NCBI GenBank assembly: GCA_043228905.1
Contig: JBHGNT010000788.1
Coordinates: 1 to 15,617, forward strand
Reading direction: 5' to 3'
Length of the DNA: 15,617 bases
Origin: Azolla caroliniana
Taxonomy: Eukaryota; Plantae; Polypodiophyta
Shown here: positions 10,201 to 15,617 of the stretch, piece by piece
Layout: every line of letters starts with the position of its first letter
Numbering within the stretch: position 1 is the stretch's first letter
Position numbers and translations under genes: made by a program
The notes under the pieces: model-generated
The model's input: the letters and a program-made list of their open reading frames with translations, nothing else
The model's database searches: none
Told to the model about the DNA's origin: nothing

Positions 10201-12321
10201 CCTGGTCTGGAGACAACACATTTGTAGGCACTCGTATCGTATAGAAACCATCTGCCTTGACCAGAGCCTGGTTAATGGATGACGAATTAGAGCTCATTAT
10301 AGCATATGGGATGCATAATTACAATCAGTTTCGGAGTTATAATTGAAATCCCTATAAAAACCTGAAAGGCTTCTTGCTCCTCTGTTGTGAAGGCATTTCT
10401 TGATAATCTAAGCCTTGAAATGGTCTGCAATGACAACATAGATTTGTAAGGGTATATAATGATGAGCATGCATACGTTGAAACGTTTGCAGATGATCTGA
10501 ATATGTCAGACACGATCAAATGTGAGAAATCCATGCACACAAAACAACTGTTCCTGGTTTATGGAATCAAAGAACTAGATATGACTGTCCAATCAGTACA
10601 AAATGGTGTTTCCATTTTTCTTTTGTGGCTACACTAAACAATCTCTTATCCACATTTCAACTTTTCAGATAGATGTTTGTGAATAAAAATTAGTTTTGTT
10701 TAAGGTTATTGCAGGTATCTATTCTCAATATGAGTTAGAGAAAGATATAAATAGCCAAACAATATTTACATTCGTGATAGTGATCAAAGTCCAGATAGGT
10801 TTACAAAGAAAAATGGAGACTCATTCACAAAGAGGTGAAAATACCAATTACAGAATTATATCCACAGGATAATATATCTGTATCTATATTGCAACTAAGC
10901 TCGAGAAATCTTTGTGCAAGTTGAAATAATGTATTATCTCATGAAATCCATGCTTGAGTACGATAAAAATGAAGTATCTGATTATGTCATAATCACAAGA
11001 AACCATTGGAAAAGTTTCAGAAAACTTGTAAGAAAGCTCAAAGAGAGCTAGCTCTCTTCCTCTCTCTCTCTCTCTAAACGTCTTTGGGAGCAGCACCTAT
11101 AATCACCGAGGCATTGTTCCGATCAGTGACATTTATCCAACATCTTTGGGAGCTCCCTAAACGAAGGTACCCAAGGTTGGCACTTATGTCATCAAGACAA
11201 CTGGCTGAAAATGGAGACATTTATTTTTGGTATGCTGGAATGCAGCAATGGTTTGAGTCACATGGCATGATTATAAATGCACTGCCCCCGTTCCAATATA
11301 ACTTGGACTGTCCCCATCTGAATATTAGCAAAGTGGAAAAGAATAGAGTGATCCGAACTGATATTATTAACTTGGAAAACAAGATAACATGGATCAGCCC
11401 CAAAATACCACTTGGTACAAAGATGGCCCACTATAAGACACACTTCTTACACACATCAGAGGATGGATTCATCATCAGACCACCTTATATGGACATACAT
11501 CTATCCTATGTGTTGCGTAGTGTGATAGGGCAGCTGCGAACTTCATCACATCAGTTACAGATTGAGGTAGGTAGACGACTACCTCTAGAAGAGAGAATTT
11601 GTCAATTGTGTCATCAAGGAGTGGAATTCGAAGAACCCTATGTTTGTCATTGTAGTGTCTTTTATGAAATCAGAGGGAAACACCATTGCCTCTTTAAACG
11701 ACACTTTGGCCCACCACGCAAGGTAATGGAATATGAGGACCAACGGTGCCTAGGACTTTTCTTGCTAGAGCTGAAGAGACATCGGGAAAGGTTGTTGAAG
11801 AATATAGCCACACAAGCTCATCCACAAAGAACAATCACAACTTTCTTTAGCCCCATCACTCCTACTAATGCTACAAGTCAATCACGGGATACACAAATGG
11901 GCTCCCAACCAGGACATAACAAAGGGGTTACAATTGATCGGGCAATAGCAATTTGCCATGCACGTAGGCCCTTGTCCCATGGACCACGACCTCAACACCC
12001 TTGTCATCGACAAATAAAAGCCATTATCTCCCGCCATCACAGGTGCTTTTGTCGTGCTTTCCTCGCTTCGGAGACATTTCCATTCTGGATCGACCTATGC
12101 TAGAGATCTTTCGAAGCCAAAAGCTACAATATATCTAACTTAAGAATCTCCCATGTGCCGAAAACCAAATTCCCTCGTCTCTTTTTATCTTATATACCTT
12201 TATATTTACGGAGTATTATTTACTTATTTTTTTGATTTGTTGTTCTCAAAGACGAGACAACACTTAAGATGTAATCTTTGTTTGGTCTTATAGGCCATTT
12301 TGGCCTCTTAAAAGACGTTAA

Positions 12322-12352
<31 letters not shown>

Positions 12353-13050
12353 ATGTTTCATAATCTTCTCACAGAGAAATTAAAAGGTGTGGGCAAAGAG
12401 TATGATGTAACGAGATCAAGATCCCCAGAAATATCTGAGACTATACCACCAACTCATGATAGCTGATGTATACGACTCTTCTTCATCCTCCAGAGTTCAG
12501 GGAGACAAGGCAAATTTGGATAATGATGATAACATTCATAGCGAGCCTCTATCATCTGTTATGCTGAAGGAAATAGTTGGATCTATTATCATAAACGATA
12601 GACATGGGTAGTCCAGATAGTTATTTGTCTTTTCTGGTCTTTGTATCACGGGCAGTGTGCATAGCTTCTATATCAATGCAAAACGAGAATGATTTGAATT
12701 CAGTACACATCATGATGTAGCAATACCTGGCCACCATGAAGAAGCGAGTTACGAAGGCGTGCGGAGAAGGATCCAGCAGGAGAGAAATCCGAATCACCAA
12801 AGGAATGCTGGATCTCGAACTGGATCTTCGATTCGGGAGGAGATGCAGAGGAGCGAACGCGGGCCGTCACGACTTGCTCAATGAAGTTGATGTTGGTGGC
12901 GGTGACGGTGGCGGTGTCTTCTTCTTCGTCTTCTTCTCCGTTCTCCTGCTGCTGCTGCTGTAGTTCGTCGGATTGGAAGGGAATGACGCGAGGGATGCCG
13001 CAGAGAAGGAAGAGGAGGAGTAGAAGGAGAAGGTGTGAGAGAGTCGCCAT
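7119..13050 (-). CDS. EMC10: ER membrane protein complex subunit 10 homologue, 8 exons: join(13050-12727,10424-10362,10267-10175,10106-10059,9968-9900,8447-8389,8259-8169,7259-7119), 295 aa
   Basis: Manual splicing gives an uninterrupted 888-nt frame with all introns GT...AG. The protein has an N-terminal Leu-rich signal peptide followed by FQSDEL, then KIQFEIQHSFGDSDFSPAGSFSARL, RLRLSRNAF, DGFYTIRVPTNVL, RCL, CAYPR, KWIFDS, EKSFWAKYWMYIVPLGLIILNAITQ (single TM segment) and a C-terminal RRR. These motifs match plant EMC10 proteins as I recall them (Arabidopsis At1g65270-like). Confidence 0.93.
8169..8259 (-). CDS. EMC10: EMC10 exon 7 (R-SLPTINDVEVVLDEDGQPKKPVEKSFWAKY)
   Basis: Acceptor ATGCAG|G, donor TAT|GTAGGT, 91 nt. 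It completes the phase-2 codon from exon 6. Confidence 0.92.
8389..8447 (-). CDS. EMC10: EMC10 exon 6 (PTKWIFDSYIVLKGPEQAV-R)
   Basis: Acceptor GCACAG|CCA, donor AG|GTATTG, 59 nt, ends in phase 2. Confidence 0.9.
9900..9968 (-). CDS. EMC10: EMC10 exon 5 (ERGNIISIGYGASQCAYPRIPNY)
   Basis: Acceptor TTCTTACAG|GAA, donor TAT|GTAAGA, 69 nt. Confidence 0.9.
10059..10106 (-). CDS. EMC10: EMC10 exon 4 (RCLASSNLHERFEFYM)
   Basis: Acceptor TTTTGCAG|CGC, donor ATG|GTACAT, 48 nt. Confidence 0.9.
10175..10267 (-). CDS. EMC10: EMC10 exon 3 (ALVKADGFYTIRVPTNVLSPDQDWILSSVKA)
   Basis: Acceptor AACCAG|GCT, donor GCA|GTAAGT, 93 nt. Confidence 0.92.
10362..10424 (-). CDS. EMC10: EMC10 exon 2 (TISRLRLSRNAFTTEEQEAFQ)
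   Basis: Acceptor TTGCAG|ACC, donor CAG|GTTTTT, 63 nt, phase 0/0. Confidence 0.92.
11060..11075 (+). repeat. (CT)n microsatellite at the 5' junction of the intronic LINE
   Basis: Direct reading. Confidence 0.9.
11084..12348 (+). mobile_element. 5'-truncated RTE/RTEX-like non-LTR retrotransposon (family A) in EMC10 intron 1, antisense to the gene
   Basis: ORF 11084-12103 contains the C-terminal motif QLRTSSHQLQIEVGR...EERICQLC...VE.EE(P)YVCHC, a decayed CCHC knuckle of the RTE/RTEX type. It is followed by a 3' UTR with hairpin AGGCCA-TTT-TGGCCT and a (TC)n tail at 12322-12348. Degenerate TSD: (TC)n-TAAACGTCT ending at 11083 versus (TC)n-G-TAAATGTTT ending at 12358. Confidence 0.85.
12322..12348 (+). 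repeat. (TC)13 microsatellite forming the LINE 3' tail
   Basis: Direct reading. Confidence 0.95.
12727..13050 (-). CDS. EMC10: EMC10 exon 1 (108 codons, MATLSHLLLL...HGGQ)
   Basis: ATG at 13050-13048 in the context GCCATGG. The ORF track start at 13068 is only a TTG. Donor CAG|GTATTG at 12727/12726. Confidence 0.92.
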
Positions 13051-13077
13051 GGCTCCTCCTCCAGCCAAACCCTCGCT

Positions 13078-13150
13078 CTGTGTGTGTCTGTATATGTATG
13101 TGGGTGTGTCTGTCTGTCTGTATATGTATGTATGTATGTATGTGGGTGTT
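13078..13150. repeat. Compound (TG)/(TCTG)/(TATG) microsatellite in the probable EMC10 5' UTR
   Basis: Two imperfect units TGTCTGTATATGTATG...TGGGTGT starting about 30 nt upstream of the ATG. Confidence 0.85.
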
Positions 13151-13197
13151 GGTAATGAATGTATTAATTAGACTCTGTCGTCTCCGTTGGTTTCGAA

Positions 13198-13250
13198 GGG
13201 CAGGCGGGGCGAGGCGAGGCGAGGCAGGGCTGGGCTGGGCTGGGCAGGCG
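13198..13250. promoter_or_regulatory. GC-rich proximal promoter candidate: (GGCGA)3 and (GGGCT)3 with Site II-like TGGGCY motifs
   Basis: Very GC-rich island 150-200 nt upstream of the ATG in AT-rich surroundings. TGGGCT occurs at 13231 and 13236. Function is inferred. Confidence 0.5.
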
Positions 13251-13303
13251 TAAAGAAGAAGAAATGATTGTTTGTTTGTGGGTAGGGTATTATTATTATT
13301 TTG

Positions 13304-14197
13304 ACATCGATACATGTTAGAGCCTATCCTATTGTCTGCCATTAGAACCATTGCTTCCATGTGGGCTCATGCATTGTGATGTGAGACGAGGCTTTGGGGC
13401 ACAAGTGATGAGAGTTGTCTCGACTACGCACACTTTGCCCTAAACAAGTTCAAAAGTTTGAGTATCACACTTTGATACAATGCTCGGCCTTTGATCATAT
13501 TCGACCATGCTTTCCACACATCTTCAACCAAGCCCAATCCTTGCACGAATTTCTCTCACAATTAGCAATGGGCACGATTTCGGCTCAAACCGAATCGAAC
13601 CGTTAAGCCATGGCTTAACGGTTTATTGGTTCAAAGATAAGTACACCGTTTGGTTTGGTTTCAAATATTATGATCCGGTTTGGTTTCGGTTCAGTTCAGT
13701 TTTGAATTTCATGGTTTAGCGGCTTATCGGTTTCGGTTCGGTTTGGTTTTGAATTTCACGATTTAGCGGTTTCGGCTTATGTGGTTTGGTTTTAAGGTTT
13801 AAAAGTTTTGAAGGTTTAAAGGTTTAAAGGTTTATAGGTTTATAGGTTTATCGGTTTGGTTTTGTTTTGATTTATGATAAACCGATTTGGTTTGGTTCTA
13901 AATTTTTCATAAACGGTTGGTTTAAACAGTTTGGCTCTAAATGGTTCGGTTTAAATGGCTTCATAAAATTTAAACAGTTTGGTTTGGTTTTTAATATAAA
14001 TAAATGGTTTGGTTTGGTTTGGTTTTAAGGCCAAGAAACCGAACCGAACTGCACCCATTGCTACTCACAACCTCAATGTGCACTCTCGAGTTCAACATTC
14101 ATTGGTAAAGTTCTTGAACATCGAGAATCGCTACTCACTTTCACACATATCACATGAAATGTAATATTTTTTGTCTCATATGTCATATTTGACCTCC
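13304..14197 (+). mobile_element. RTE-like LINE family B, copy 1 (3' fragment only, split by a MITE)
   Basis: 13304-13562 plus 14072-14186 align to 15240-15617 (copy 2). Remnant peptides LCPKQV.K.EYHTLIQC and FIGKVLEHRESLL. Ends at the 3' motif ...GTCATATTTGACCTC. Confidence 0.9.
13563..14063. mobile_element. Non-autonomous hAT-type DNA transposon (MITE), 501 bp
   Basis: Perfect 10-bp TIR TAGCAATGGG / CCCATTGCTA. 8-bp TSD CTCACAAT (13555-13562) / CTCACAAC (14064-14071). The empty site is visible in the paralogous LINE copy at ~15495-15502. Many GGTTT/CGGTT/AACCG subterminal repeats and an internal (GGTTTAWA)n tract at ~13813-13850. Confidence 0.92.
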
Positions 14198-15617
14198 AAA
14201 AAATGGTAAGAGAGTTTATGGACAAGTTGGCTTTTGAAAACACCATAGCACCATTGATCACCTTGTCACCCTTCGAGTATTAATAGAGGAAAGTCGCCTT
14301 AGAGGTAAAGGTTTATATTCTTGCTTTGTAGACTTCAAGGAAGCTTTTGATATGGTACCTCGTGAGCATCTTTAGAGGCGAATGGAAGAACTTGAGGTGC
14401 CAAGTGAATATATGCTTGCAATTTCCCGAAATTATGAGAAGGTTATATGTTGTGTGCGTATGAGAGATAAACTTTCAGATTTTTTCAAAAGCACTATTGT
14501 TGTTAAGCAAGGATGCCCACTCTCACCAACACTATTTGGTCTATGCATTGATGAATTGGAAGAAATGGTTACCAAGTTTGCAAAGGAATAATGTGTTGAA
14601 GAAGTTGTCATTGGGAATGTTGTGATTATGCTTTTGCTATATGCAGATGATGTAGTGCTTTTTGCAAATACTTTAGGAGATGCACAAAAGCTTATGAAGG
14701 CATTGAAAAAAAATTGCATGCATACTAAATTAAGTGTTAATAGCTCTAAAACAAAGATTATGCTTGTGAAGAGCCAAAAAAGAGATAAATCATGCATTAT
14801 GTACAACAATGAGCCACTTGAATGTGTGGAAAGCTTCAAATATCTTGACCTTGAAGTTCCTTCAAATCATAAATGGAATGAATGTGCTACACGCCACTTG
14901 TAGGCGGGTAAGCGAGCATACTATGTATTTGAGAACACATGCAATCTTGGAGATATTAAGTGTTGGGTCCGCAAGAAATATCTATTCGACACTTTGGTGA
15001 CACCGGTTCTTCTCTATGGGATGGAATTATGGGGCGGTAGTATCCCTAAATCTATGTGGAAAGAGTTTGAAAATGTCCAAAAACATTGCATCACTAGATT
15101 CCTCCGTAAAAGAGGCCTTTTTGCAACGCCAATGTATCATGACATGGGACAAATGTGGAGGCTCACGCTTCACACACTATACTACACATGTTGCACCTAA
15201 CTACAAAACCATATTCTTTATGGAACGGGGAAACCGTAAACATAGATACATGTTAGAGCCCATAACGTTATCTACCATTCAAACCATTGCTTCCATGTCA
15301 CTTAGCTCACATGCATTGCGATGTGAGACAGGGCATTGGGGCACAAGTGATGAGAGTGGCCAGCTATACACACTTTGCCCTAAACAAGTTCGTGAGTCTG
15401 AGTATCACACTTTGATACAATGCTCTACCTTTGATCATATTCGACCATGCTTTCAACATCTCTTCGACCGAGCCCAATCCTTGCAGGAATTCCTCTCACA
15501 ACCACAATGTGCACTCTCGATTGCAACATTCATTGGTAAAGTTCTTGAACATCGAGAGTCACTACTCACTTTCACACGTATCACGTGAAATGTAATATTT
15601 TTGGTTTCATATGTCAT
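14198..15617 (+). mobile_element. RTE-like LINE family B, copy 2 (RT domain plus C-terminus, pseudogenised, 5'-truncated, internally deleted)
   Basis: One frame from 14199 reads GQVGF*KHHSTIDHL, CFVDFKEAFDMV, KQGCPLSPTLF, LLYADDVVL, LSVNSSKTKIM, FKYL, PVLLYGMELWG, with stops at 14235, 14373, 14589 and 14901. After a frame change near 15086 it reads SSHALRCETG...LCP...ESEYHTLIQC. Stop at 15586-15588. The 3' UTR runs off the window end. Confidence 0.92.

Noticed and set aside
11077-12319. Apparent 9-bp terminal inverted repeat around the intronic LINE (AACGTCTTT at 11077 / AAAGACGTT at 12311)
   Set aside because: The left copy is better explained as a degenerate TSD of the right flank (TAAACGTCT versus TAAATGTTT), and the element has LINE coding features and a repeat tail. 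Probably coincidental.
12736-13360. Overlapping ORFs 12736-12963, 12878-13360, 12881-13171 and 13035-13253
   Set aside because: Alternative-frame or antisense shadows of GC-rich EMC10 exon 1 and the adjacent microsatellites.
13790-13850. Telomere-like repeats (GGTTTAAA/GGTTTATA; also TTTAGGGGTTTAAGG near 6468)
   Set aside because: They are 8-mers or isolated degenerate units rather than a TTTAGGG array, and the main tract is internal to a MITE.
13580-14050. Short interspersed repeats superficially like a CRISPR array
   Set aside because: No constant-length repeat and unique-spacer periodicity, eukaryotic context, and they are explained as hAT subterminal motifs.

Overview
Eukaryotic land-plant genomic DNA, probably a bryophyte such as a moss (inferred from the gene sequence and the transposon content). 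It holds one intact protein-coding gene on the minus strand: an 8-exon EMC10 (ER membrane protein complex subunit 10) homologue. Its CDS runs from 13050 to 7119, totals 888 nt (295 aa plus stop), and every intron is GT-AG. The rest is largely decayed and nested transposable elements. These are: (1) the 3' part of an unidentified, probably transposon-derived pseudo-ORF (1-891); (2) a degenerate L1/Tx1-type LINE on the minus strand (~1240-5780) that carries a 298-bp internal tandem duplication and an 841-bp hAT-type MITE; (3) a possible LTR/TRIM-like remnant (5781-6249); (4) a 5'-truncated RTE-like LINE inserted into a (TC)n tract in EMC10 intron 1; (5) two head-to-tail copies of a second RTE-like family upstream of the gene, the first interrupted by a 501-bp hAT-type MITE. 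I find no clearly new multi-gene system. The best lead is a conserved, apparently covarying 3'-terminal stem-loop shared by the two divergent RTE-like families.
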